This document shows positions 51,732 through 62,418 of a stretch of 64,000 bases of DNA, one piece after another. Origin of the DNA: Zootoca vivipara (Eukaryota). Position 1 is the stretch's first letter; each line of letters starts with the position of its first letter. Where the stretch lies: contig NC_083277.1 of NCBI RefSeq assembly GCF_963506605.1, forward strand, positions 27,404,001 through 27,468,000, read 5' to 3'. Made by a program: the position numbers and the translations under genes. The notes below the pieces were generated by a model. That model worked only from the letters and a program-made list of their open reading frames with translations. It ran no database searches and was not told the DNA's origin.

Positions 51732-51918
51732 AGTGAAATGGAAGTTTCCAGGCACTTATGTAGAGAAGGGGTGGGGAGGGGTGGGGATGGGGAGGGGGGA
51801 TCACTCAGAAGGGTGGTGGAAATGGGTGATTGACTGACTGATAGCTGTTGATGACCGCAAACGACTGCAAATGGTTTTGCATGAAAAAGCAAGGGTTGAG
51901 ATGGCTGAAGATCGCTTA

Positions 51919-54099
51919 TCATGTATAATGAGATAAGAACCCGATATCTCTGTTCAAACCAGGTCCCTCCATGGTTTTGAGCTTGGTGATAAGTTGCAAT
52001 TCAGCAACTTCTCTTTCCAGTCTATTTCTGAAATTCTTTTGTAGTAAGACAGCTACTTTGAGATCTTGTATAGAATGTCCTGGGAGATTGAAGTGTTCTC
52101 CTACTGGTTTTTCTGTCTTCTGGTTCCTGACTTTATGTCCATTTATCCTTTGGCGTAGGGTTTGGCCTGTTTGTCCAATATAGAGAGCTGAAGGGCACTG
52201 TTGGCATTTGATGGCATACACAATGTTAGAGGATGAGCAATTGAATAGTCCTGAGATGGTATGTTGGATGTTGTTGGGGCCAGTAATGGTGTTGTCTGGG
52301 TGTATGTGGCAGCAAAGTTGGCATCTGGGTTTATTGCAGGCTCTGGTACCAGTGTCCATGTTAAGTCTGGTGGTTGTATTATTGTGGGTGAGGAGTTGTT
52401 TAAGATTGGGTGGCTGTCTGTAGGCAATGAAAGGTCTTCCTCCCAGAGCTTGAGAAAGGGAGCGGTCATTGTCCAGGAGAGGCTGTAGATCTCTGATGAT
52501 GCGTTGTACTGTTTTAGCTTGGGAGCTGTATGTGATGACTAGTGGTGTTCTGTTATTTTCTTTTTTGGGTCTGTCTTGCAGCAGGTTCTCTCTAGGTATC
52601 TGTCTGGCTCTGTTGATCTGTTGTTTAACTTCATCAGGTGGATATTTTAGTTCTAAAAAGGTTTGCTGTAGATCTCTTAGGTGAGATTCTCTGTCTGTAG
52701 AGTTGGAACAGATGCGGTTGTAACGTAAGGCCTGGCTGTATACGATGGATTGTTTGGTATGTTTGGGATGGTAGCTAGAAGCATGTAGATATGTTTGTCG
52801 GTCAGTTGGTTTTCTGTATAAGGTGGTGTCTATACGTCCATCCTGTATTTTTATAGTAGTGTCCAAAAAATGTATTTCTTGCATAGATTGGTTCATTGTT
52901 AGGTTGATGGTGGGGTGAAAGTCATTGAATGTCTGGTGGAAGGTTTCCAGGGTCTGTTGTCCATGTGTCCAGATAATAAAAATATCGTCAATGTATCGCA
53001 GGTACAGGAGAGGTTTGAGTGGGTAGGAGTTAAGGAAACGTTGTTCTAAATCTGCCATGAAGATGTTGGCATACTGTGGGGCCATGCGGGTGCCCATGGC
53101 TGTGCCGCTGATCTGGAGGAACAGGTCATCACCAAATTTGAAGTGGTTGTGGGTAAGGACAAAGTGGCAGAGTTTGGTAGCAAAGTCCGCCGTGGTTTTA
53201 TCTGAAATGGTGTTCCTTATGGCTTGTAAACCATCATTGTGTGGGATGTTGGTATATAGAGATTCCACATCCATAGTGGCTAGTATAGTATTGTTAGGAA
53301 GATTGTTCAAATATTGTATTTTCCTCAGAAAATCTGTGGTGTCACGTACGTAGCTGGGAGCACTGATAGCATATGGTTTCAGAACAGAGTCCATATAGCC
53401 GGAAACACCCACTGTAATGGTGCCAATACCTGAGATGATGGGGCGTCCTGGGTTTCCTGGTTTGTGTATTTTGGGTAGAAGATAGAAAGTTCCTGGCCGA
53501 GGTTCCGCTGGTGTGTTTGTGAGGATCTGTTCTTGGATGTGTAGGGGTAGCTCCTTAATAATCTTGTTCAGTTCTTTTTTGTATGCTTGTGTGGGGTCTG
53601 AGTCCAATTTCATGTAAAAGGCAGTATTGGAAAGTTGTCTGTGGGCCTCTTGGATGTAATCAGTTTTGTTCATGATGACGACAGCTCCACCCTTGTCTGC
53701 CTCTTTAATTATAATGTCTGGGTTGTTCCTGAGATTTTCTATGGCTCTCCTTTCAGCATGGTTTAGATTTTGTTGTAAGCGATGGTGTTTTCTGGTCACA
53801 TCCGTTTGGATTCTGTGGCGGAAGCATTCGATGTACAGATCTAGTGTGGTATTGCGTCCATCAGGAGGGGTCCATGTGGAGTCCCTTTTTGTGTAACTTC
53901 TTTTCGGTGGTAGTTGGTGGTCAATGTTCTGTTCATTGATGCGTTTGGAGGGTGATGGTTGTTCCCCAGTAAGTTGAGAGGTGTTGTGTTGTGGGGATGT
54001 AGTTTGTTCTACTTTGTCTTGTTCTTGTGTGTGATGAAAATACTCCTTCAGGCGTAAACGGCGGAAAAATGCTTCCAGGTCCCCGCAGAACTGAATCAT
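51919..54099 (-). CDS. Penelope-like reverse transcriptase / GIY-YIG endonuclease (726 aa from an internal Met; frame open upstream to about 54309)
   Basis: ADKGGAVVIM, LPKIHK, GRPIIS, DVESLYTNI, GTAMG, YLRYIDDIF, LYRKPT; endonuclease VYAIKC..C...YIGQT..LRQRI..H, E and GLNRD; upstream IVNLS...LS..E..VLSRGLSFCP is in frame. Confidence 0.93.
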   Translation of the reverse strand: MIQFCGDLEAFFRRLRLKEYFHHTQEQDKVEQTTSPQHNTSQLTGEQPSPSKRINEQNIDHQLPPKRSYTKRDSTWTPPDGRNTTLDLYIECFRHRIQTDVTRKHHRLQQNLNHAERRAIENLRNNPDIIIKEADKGGAVVIMNKTDYIQEAHRQLSNTAFYMKLDSDPTQAYKKELNKIIKELPLHIQEQILTNTPAEPRPGTFYLLPKIHKPGNPGRPIISGIGTITVGVSGYMDSVLKPYAISAPSYVRDTTDFLRKIQYLNNLPNNTILATMDVESLYTNIPHNDGLQAIRNTISDKTTADFATKLCHFVLTHNHFKFGDDLFLQISGTAMGTRMAPQYANIFMADLEQRFLNSYPLKPLLYLRYIDDIFIIWTHGQQTLETFHQTFNDFHPTINLTMNQSMQEIHFLDTTIKIQDGRIDTTLYRKPTDRQTYLHASSYHPKHTKQSIVYSQALRYNRICSNSTDRESHLRDLQQTFLELKYPPDEVKQQINRARQIPRENLLQDRPKKENNRTPLVITYSSQAKTVQRIIRDLQPLLDNDRSLSQALGGRPFIAYRQPPNLKQLLTHNNTTTRLNMDTGTRACNKPRCQLCCHIHPDNTITGPNNIQHTISGLFNCSSSNIVYAIKCQQCPSALYIGQTGQTLRQRINGHKVRNQKTEKPVGEHFNLPGHSIQDLKVAVLLQKNFRNRLEREVAELQLITKLKTMEGPGLNRDIGFLSHYT

Positions 54100-54888
54100 G
54101 TGTTGGGATTTGGCAGGGCAGAATGATAGTCCCCGTGAAAGGACGGATTCCTCAGCTGGGCTGAGTGTTTGCTGTGAAAGATTGACAATGTTGTTGATCT
54201 TGTTTTGATTGGTGGCCTGTAGGTTGGAAAGGTTGCAGAGTTTTTTATTTTTCTGGTTCTTCAGTAACTCCAGTTGAGAGTGGTAAATGGTTGTTTCCTT
54301 AAAAGCCTTTTAAAATAAGTTTGAAATCCCCTCCGAAAGCCTACACACTTGTAAGCATTCCTTGATTTCAATGTGAAGTGAAACCATGTGGGCATTTGGA
54401 TTCTTAACTGGCTTCTTGAGTGCAGAATAATTTTACAAATAATAATAAAAATATGAAAAGTCACTTCTCCGGAACAAAGCTATTCTTCTACCTCTGGTGA
54501 TGCCAACAAAGGAACCAGAGCAAAAACAATCACTGGTGCATTGTTTCTTTTTGCAGAGAGAGCGACAGCCTAGTGTCTCCTATTGGCCATCCACTTCCCG
54601 TGACTGCTTTTGTCAACAGGGAGCCTATTCCCCATCAACATCATCTGTCAAATGTGAGTGGCCAGAAAACATAGCTGCCAATTTGGCCTTCCCTTGGAAC
54701 TCTTCTGAGCATGGCTGGGATCCCCAGAAATTCAATTTGACAGTCGTCTTCAAAGCACCTCCACTTGCTGAAAAACGGTGCTGATAGATGAGGCAAATAA
54801 TATCATAAGGGGTTTTGCAGAATCTCAATGCCCTAGAACCACTGGTGCATATTACTGTAAATTGAAAACCCTTGTCATACGTGGATAC

Positions 54889-55327
54889 GTTTTACACACT
54901 CAGATATGCTCTAGCACAGCTAAGCTACAATCCTAGCTCTCTTTTAAAAAAAGAGAGACTTGCGTGGGGTTCTGCTAGTTTTCTCTGCATCATTGGGATC
55001 ACATGCCACAGGATGCTCCTGTCCATGCCACAACGGGTGCCATACCACTTTCATCCCAGCCAAAGCTTGCCCACCCAACAAGAATTCTGGGTGAGTCAGC
55101 CCTGACCTCAAGTGTGTATTAACCAGTCTGCGAGAAGAAGCCAACACAGAGCTATGATGAATGTTCCATCTCTGCAGGCTTATCAGCTTGGTATATGGAA
55201 CAATCCCCACCTCCCCACTGATCTGGGGTTCTTATGCCCCTCTCAGAGCCAATGTCAAGGGGCATGGGGGAGGAGAGGGGAGGACAAACCCATTGCTGTT
55301 TTACACACTCAGATATGCTCTAGCACA
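54889..55327. other. 379-bp unidentified segment between perfect 30-bp direct repeats
   Basis: GTTTTACACACTCAGATATGCTCTAGCACA at 54889-54918 and 55298-55327. Confidence 0.85.
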
Positions 55328-55507
55328 TCTGAGGTGAATCCCACCCTGTAAGACCCTTACACCCTGCAACACACTCATCACTTGATGGCTGCAGTTTGGC
55401 TGTGGACTTGCATGTGTGACTGCCACAGCATATAAGAACTATTCACAAAACACTCACATCACTTTGAACATCCTGGAGACCCTTCCTATCTTTTGCAGAA
55501 AGCCATC

Positions 55508-56197
55508 TGTGAGGGATTCCCCGTTTCCCACCCCTCACTGCTTCAACAACAGGGTTTCCCTGTGCTTCCATACAAACAGGAATAAACCTCCAGTGTCCAA
55601 ATTGGACTTGTCTCCAGGGTACCTCAGGGCTCTGTGTTCAAAACCTATTGCCACCAGGGGGTCTCCCTCCAGTGGATCCCTACTGCTACAATTTGTCTCT
55701 CCCTCTGGCAACTATGTGGCTCTCTTGGTTTCACTAACCAGCCCTTTGTATGACAGAAGAAAAAGCAAACAGTTTCCTCTTCCACAGGAAAGCTTTGTTC
55801 TTGCCTCTTAGTCACACCTCTGAGGGTACTGAGACACTGCCCGAGTCCACGAACGTTTAGGCACATTTAACTTTATTGTTTAACTTGAAAGCATGGATTT
55901 CTCTGGTTCTTAAAAGTGCATATCTTCTTTTCATATAATACAGACTTGTTAACACATCTCCTGCAGCTTGATAATAACGGTTATAACCTTTCTTCCCATC
56001 CACTCAAGCCTAACCTCCTGCTCCCTCTCTAACCCTCCACTCCCCAACTGCCAACCCCCAACTGCCTTTCAACGGTTGTTCCCCCTCCATTTAGAACGCC
56101 GACTAGCTCCGCCTCCCAGGGAACACCTGCCTATCATGGGAGTGACAGATTAACCCATGATGAACCCGGAATCATCATCAGTCACTATTCCACCACA
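55508..56197 (-). mobile_element. Solo LTR
   Basis: TGTG...CACA termini; minus-strand GC box (GGGAGGCGGAG) and AATAAA; degenerate flanks CCATC/TTATC. Confidence 0.65.
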
Positions 56198-57008
56198 TTA
56201 TCCAGTGTGAAGAAATTACACTAATATGACCCAGCCCAAATGTAAGCAAGGTCACCTGATGCCTGTGCTTCATTCATTTTTTAAAAAGAGCCCTCGTAAG
56301 GTTTATCTCTAAAACTTAGGCAACAACCACCACCAAGAAATTAACCACATAAGAGGCTGTTCTAGGGGCCAATTACCAAAATTTACAGTCACAAACCAAC
56401 ACCATCCGTAAAGAAGAGCGGCAAAAATAAAGAATGGATTTGCCTCTCTTCACCCACCCACAAGACAGGGAAATAAAGGACCTTGACAGAACAGTGGATA
56501 TTAGTGTTAGTGAACGACTGCAACATGTCTTAATATAATCTCAAACTCTCATCACAAATCAGCTTAGAAGCAGCATATGAGCTGGCCTGCAATGACTTGC
56601 GCACCCTTGCTGGCTCTTATCTGCTAAATTGCTTTGCGGCAACCTCCCTCCGTGCCCTTGACCACATCTGAAAAGTATTTGTCTCCGGCTTCCAAACAAT
56701 ATGACAAGTCTACTTTGTGGCTTCCAAATATCTTAGGGTATAATTTTCTTTTAATAGCCACCTTCTTTCCTTGATGCATTTTTCTCCGCAGCTGATGGAT
56801 GACCGAGGACCTAAAATGACTTGGAGACTCCAGCAATATTCATTTATCAAATGAATCCTTCCGCCAAGAATCTAACTAGATAATGGGGACAGAAATATAT
56901 TTTGTAAAAGAACAAAACAACAACACATTGCTGAGTGAATAAAATAGAAAGGCGGAGCGGGGAGGAAAGCGACAAATGAAAATGTTGCTACATAGGTTGT
57001 ATTGTATC

Positions 57009-57704
57009 TAGGAATGGGTGAATCTGTTAATTTCAGTTTCTCTCAGTTTCTCAGTTTCCCAGTATTCACTTCAATTCTCTCCATTTCTGCATGCGTTTAT
57101 GATTACTTTTTTTTTAAGGGCCTCATGAGAATAATCAACATTTTAGTGAAAACATCTCCTGAGATAATCATTTTTGTAAGCATTTTTGACTGATACACAC
57201 ATATTTTGCAAGCAGTTTCCCCTTATATAATAAATTGTGTGTGTTATTCACTAATATATGCATCGAAGAAGAGAAGAAAAAGAGTTTGGATTTGATATCC
57301 TGCTTTATCACTACCCTAAGGAGTCTCAAAGTGGATAACATTCTCCTTTCCCTTCCTCCCCCACAACAAACACTCTGTGAGGTGAGTGAGGCTGACAGAT
57401 TTCAGAGAAGTGTGACTAGCCCAAGGTCACCCAGCAGTTGCTTGTGGAGGAGTGGAGATGCGAACCCGGTTCACCAGATTATGAGTCCATCGCTCTTAAC
57501 CACTACACCTCTCTCGAATGTACACTTTCCCCTAAAACACACATTCTGTGCAAACGGGATATGTTTGGAGAATTGCATTGCAATATTTGGAGAAGTGCAA
57601 ATCTCAAAGCATAGTTGTGTTTGGGTTTGCATATTGTTTTGGAAAGTGAGAATTTTGGTAGGTTTACACTAAAATTCTAACCAAAACAAATTTCTCCATC
57701 TCTA
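57009..57704. mobile_element. Old TAGG(G/A)ATGG-type hAT MITE with SINE insertion
   Basis: Ends TAGGAATGGG / CCATCTCTA; flanks ATTGTATC/GTTGTGTC; related fragments near 7635 and 35205. Confidence 0.55.
57266..57509 (-). mobile_element. Squam3-like SINE
   Basis: Reverse copy of 42188-42428 with (TCT)n-like tail. Confidence 0.8.
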
Positions 57705-58923
57705 GTTGTGTCTAACGGATTCGTATTTGGAAAAGGTGCACTACAAATTTACGTTGATTGATATCAGTGGGTCTATTCCGAGTATGGCATAGTTGGGTAC
57801 AACCAACTGCAGTTGGAGTTCTTTCTGGGTCAGGAAATGAGGAACAGCAATTAACTTCAAAGTGAAGATGTATCATCAAGGCGTATCAACATCCCAAAGT
57901 TCTCCGGTAGTATAGTTAATTCTTAATCCCTTCTGCTCAAGCGGAAGGCTGAAATATTAAACAGCAGATCATTCTTTGCCTCGCAGAGAAGCATGAGCTG
58001 GCGATATCTTGTTCTCTCTTTAAAGGGATCGATTATTCCCCAGAAACTCAGTCAATGGGGAGCGTTATTCAGTATCTTGCCATCCATTTCCAGCCACACT
58101 TTAGTGCCTAAGGGTATTAATTTAAGGATAATATGTATGAGTCAAGCTTCTACACAATGAAGTAGCATGTGTGACTGCCAGAAAACCTCCCTCCAAGAAA
58201 CACCCTGAATGGCACCAACCTTCCGCTTTCGTTCAGCATTGCCAAATGGAGTCATAAAGTTTCTGTACGCTGTAATGAGGCTGGTAACATTTTGAGTGGA
58301 GGGAGTTCAGTTGGTGAACTTCCTCAGCTTGAAAAGGCACAGTCCACTGTGAGTCAACTCCAGACCCATTTCTGGCATCCACCAGGCTAAGGCAAAGAGA
58401 AGCGGGGGACTCCAGGGACTCCTTAAACAGCTCTGCTGAAATACCACCTCCATCGGGGTCTCCATAAACAGTGATATACAGCAGCCCTTGCATCAGTCCA
58501 AAGGAGAGGGAGAAAGATGGGCCTGCAAGGCCTCTCTTTCAGCTCTGTCAAAAGGCCAGCAATCTTTGGTTGCTCCTCTCCTTGAGACCTTCCCATTCTA
58601 GCTAGTCGTTACGAGAACTCTGAAGCTACGAAATAGGTTTCATGGTTTTCTTCTTTCCTTCTCTCTCCCAATCCCTTTCCCTTTTGTATTGTGCCTTTTA
58701 GATTGTAAGCCTGAGGGTGGGAACTGCCATATTCTTGATGTTTGTAAGTTACTCCAGGAACCTTTTTGGGGAAAGATGGGGAGGGGATTGGGTTGAAGAG
58801 TGTGACAACAATGCTTTAAATAAATACCTAAATCAAATTCAGTAGAGGAAACAAACTGGCCTATGAAGCTGGCACAAAGTGCTGCTCCTGAGGATGCTCA
58901 GCAATCTCATTCTCACTGTAGAG

Positions 58924-59059
58924 CAGGCATCCCCAAACTGCGGCCCTCCAGAGGTTTTGGCCTACAACTCTCATGATCCCTAGCTAACAGGACCAGTGGT
59001 CGGGGAAGATGGGAATTGTAGTCCAAAACATCTGGAGGGCTGAAGTTTGGGGATGCCTG
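58924..59059. mobile_element. Palindromic ~136-bp hAT MITE
   Basis: TIR CAGGCATCCCCAAACT; flanks CTGTAGAG/GAGTAGAG; same family as 8733 and 38022. Confidence 0.9.
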
Positions 59060-59085
59060 GAGTAGAGTCAGACAAGTGTTTGTCT

Positions 59086-59222
59086 AGTTACAGGTAGGTA
59101 GCCGTATTGGTCTGCTGTAGTCAAAACAGAATAAAAAGAAAAATCCTTCCAGTAGCACCTTAGAGACCAACTAAGTTTGTCATTGGTATGAGCTTTTGTT
59201 TGTATGCACACTTCTTCAGATA
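59086..59222 (-). mobile_element. Solo Penelope pseudo-LTR mini-copy, hammerhead core decayed
   Basis: Matches 51607-51731; TSD GTTTGTCT; core GAAA changed to AAAA at a CpG. Confidence 0.88.
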
Positions 59223-59260
59223 GTTTGTCTGTAAACCTTCCTTATTCCAAAGGAAAGGGT

Positions 59261-59264
<4 letters not shown>

Positions 59265-59313
<49 letters not shown>
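59265..59313. repeat. (TG)n microsatellite
   Basis: TG run. Confidence 0.95.
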
Positions 59314-59315
<2 letters not shown>

Positions 59316-60507
59316 TTGCTGGTGAGCAGAGACAGAAGTGGCTGTGCAAAAAAACCCCAAAAACAAAACAAAAAACACCTGGTTTTTGAGTCCTCAAGGA
59401 TTTTCAAGCATCTCAAGGTAATATAAAAAACCCTGAATGGTTTTAGAAGTGACATGGGTGGTGGGGGTAGAAAAACCACACATCAATAGTTATTTAGACA
59501 ATGGCTCACAGCTGGCCATTTCCACCATTCAGCCATTGATTTCATATTATTTGTCTATTTCTCTTTGGTGGTATTATCAGGCATTAGGAGGGAGCAATTT
59601 GATCCATCCATCCTAACTGGCGTGCTTTATTAAGATAAGGAAGAATGAAGTTTGGTGTGATCTGGCTTTGAGCTAAGCTGTGTCAAGTCTGGGTGCTTTG
59701 AAAAGTAGGCGTCATATTCATTCCAGCCATCTTCATTGGGGAGAATCGTGGGAAATGGTGAGTGTGTGTAACAGTTTAAGTCTTATAATGTCAGCAATGA
59801 GAGTTGCTTGAGTCAAAGGCAAATTTCCAGCATTCATTCTGTGAGTTCCGGTATGTGTATTCATATTTATATTTTGTTAAGGTGATTCCAGTTAAAAGAA
59901 ATAAAGTGATGCAGAAAAAAGAAGGGAAAGTGAGAGGGAGAAAACAACAAAGATACATATAAAAGTGAAACTATGAAAAAAGGAGCAATATACGATATTC
60001 CCATACATTATTGTATAAATTGGTATAGTGTTATTGTCCTAGTGCGTATGTAAATGCTGATAGCCTGCTACATTTTGTATAAACTTATTCCAAATGTTTA
60101 CGTATTTATCCATACAGAGTCTGTGCCTGGAAGCAGTCCGTTCATAAATTGCTAGTGATGTCATTTAGTCAGTCCATTGATTGAAGGGTACCATATCTTT
60201 ATTTTTCCAGTTCCTCAACATCAGTCTCTTGGCCACCATTAGGGCATGGAAAATCAATTTCCATTGTCCCATTGATAATTTTCATACCGCAAGTACATAC
60301 TGAAAGATTTAACTTTTTCTGCCCAGTCATAGCTACAGAGTACAGCACTTTCTCTCAAAACTTGTTAAGTAAAGAACACTGTACAAATGTGTTTCAGAGA
60401 GTCGCTGTCCTTGCCACATCTCCAACACTGAGCTATCTTACCTAACCCCTTTTTTATAAAACGGTAAAGGCGTCCAAGAAACTCTAAATATTATTTTTTG
60501 TGGCATT

Positions 60508-60674
60508 GTTGTTGTTGTTTAGTCGTTTAGTCGTGCCCGACTCTTCGTGACCCCATGGACCAGAGCACGCCAGGCACTCCTGTCTTTCACTGCCTCCCGC
60601 AGTTTGGTCAAACTCATGTTCGTAGCTTCAAGAACACTGTCCAACCATCTCGTCCTCTGTCATCCCCTGGATCG
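60508..60674 (-). mobile_element. Bov-B 3' fragment inserted in L1
   Basis: TSD TTTGTGGCATT; (CAA)n tail. Confidence 0.92.
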
Positions 60675-61750
60675 TTTGTGGCATTAGTCTAATGACTAAT
60701 CTAATGACACCTTAGGTATTGAAGCTAATACATTTTCCCATTGTCTGGGTAATAATGAAAGTTCCAATTCTTTATTCCAATCATCTCTTACAATCGGCAT
60801 ATTGAACTTGTCTATTGTTAATAGATATGTATAAAAAGTAATTGCTGGCTTTTTATTTTTGAATGAGTTGTCCAATTGCTCCAATATTTCAGGTATTTTG
60901 GAAGTAAGGAGATGTTGTAATTGAAGATATTACCTGTTGGATTCTATTTGCTATCAGTTGGTCCAATGTCAATACACCTGCTTCCATCCAATTTTTCCAT
61001 ACCACCATATTTTTTGCAATTCTTAGTGTGGGGTTTCCCCACAGATTACGTTTAGCATGTGATAATGGATCAAATTTGTTTTTATTAGCCAATATATTCC
61101 ATATTCTTCTAAACGACTTAATTGTTTCAAGAGTCACCTGAGATTTCAAATATTTCAATCCTAGTTTTGTCCAACCAACCAAAGGTGCTATCTACATATA
61201 TTCTAGGGTTGCTCACACCAGAAAATTAGGGCCAACAGTGGGATTCCAATATTTAGAACTTGACAGAATCTGGGAATAATATTCATTTTGAGAGCATTCA
61301 CCCTTTCCCAAAGTGTAAGGTTCAGTGACTCCGACCTATCAATATCTGAAGAAACCTTTTTTTAAATTAATTTTTTTCATATTAACTGTAACTCACGTGT
61401 TATATCTCTTGATATTAGCATACCTAAATATTTAATAGATTTGGAATAAACCCAAAATTGATATTACTTGAATGAGTGTGTAAACAAATTTTGATCTATT
61501 GGCATCAATTCTGATTTGTACCAATTAACAGAATAACCTGATATTTTACCAAAGGCGTCTATCATTTGCATCAAGATGGGTATACTAGACTGAGGTTCTG
61601 AAATAAACAAAAGTATATCGCCTGCAAATAAAACTAACTTGTGGTCAGTCAACTGAATTATGAACTGCTCCGTGAATCTCGTGATGTTGTCTAATAGCGT
61701 TAACCAGGGGCTCTAAACAAATTTTAAAAAGCAAAGGTGAGAGTGGACAC

Positions 61751-62418
61751 TAGGATGATGACTTTTTCATTTTTTTCCTCAAATTTTTTTCCCTGTAGCA
61801 CAAATGGATGATCTTTTGCCTATTAATGACTGAAATGAAGTATATTCCATTGAAATATTTAAAAAGGTCACGCACAAACTGTTTTTAATTTTTGTATGCC
61901 GTTTTACCATTTCATAAAATTGTATTAACAATTCTATATATATTTCATATCAAATTTGTACACAACACCACATTCCACAATGGGGAGTGTTCTTAGCAAC
62001 ATAGGATATACAAATACCACACCTGTGCAAGGTAAAAGACCCTTTTTGGGACCTCAAAACTCTCAACATGACCCTGCCGGACATGTTGGGAAAAGAACCT
62101 ACAGGAGAGGTAGCAAAACATCGTCCTCTAGTGGCGTCTATACTGTTAATGCAGCTTAAAAAAGCTTCCTTGTGTGTTTGATGACCCTATATAATGTTGT
62201 ATATATGTGACTCTAAAGCTTGGGTTCAATTTTATATCTGCTTACAGTGACTTCAAAAATGGTCAAAAAACTGATAAATAAAATTTTTTAAATCATTTTG
62301 TGCGTGAGGTTTTTTTTTTTATCAAATCTCTTTGAAAGTAAGCTTTTATCTAATCTTTAATGAAAGCTCATCATATTATGATACAGGAAAATGAGGTTGT
62401 AAAAAAGTCATCACCCTA
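61751..62418. mobile_element. AT-rich non-autonomous hAT (Ac-type) element inserted in the L1 RT
   Basis: TIR TAGG(A/G)TGATGACTTTTT; TSD GTGGACAC/GTGGACAT. Confidence 0.9.

Larger units (their letters stand above)
51607..54300 (-). mobile_element. Penelope-like retroelement (Neptune type), 5'-truncated, with 3' pseudo-LTR
   Basis: RT plus C-terminal GIY-YIG ORF; Cys-rich linker CNKPRCQLC; pseudo-LTR with hammerhead; 5' boundary approximate. Confidence 0.93.

Noticed and set aside
51732-51921. Selenocysteine read-through or SECIS after the Penelope TGA stop
   Set aside because: The stop follows the normal end of the GIY-YIG domain, and I see no SECIS-like hairpin; selenoprotein PLEs are of the N-terminal-endonuclease Naiad type
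55154-55225. Possible C/D-box snoRNA (ATGATGA ... CTGA, about 70 nt)
   Set aside because: Terminal stem is out of register for a K-turn, and no recognisable rRNA guide or C'/D' boxes; likely chance, though an Rfam/snoScan run would settle it
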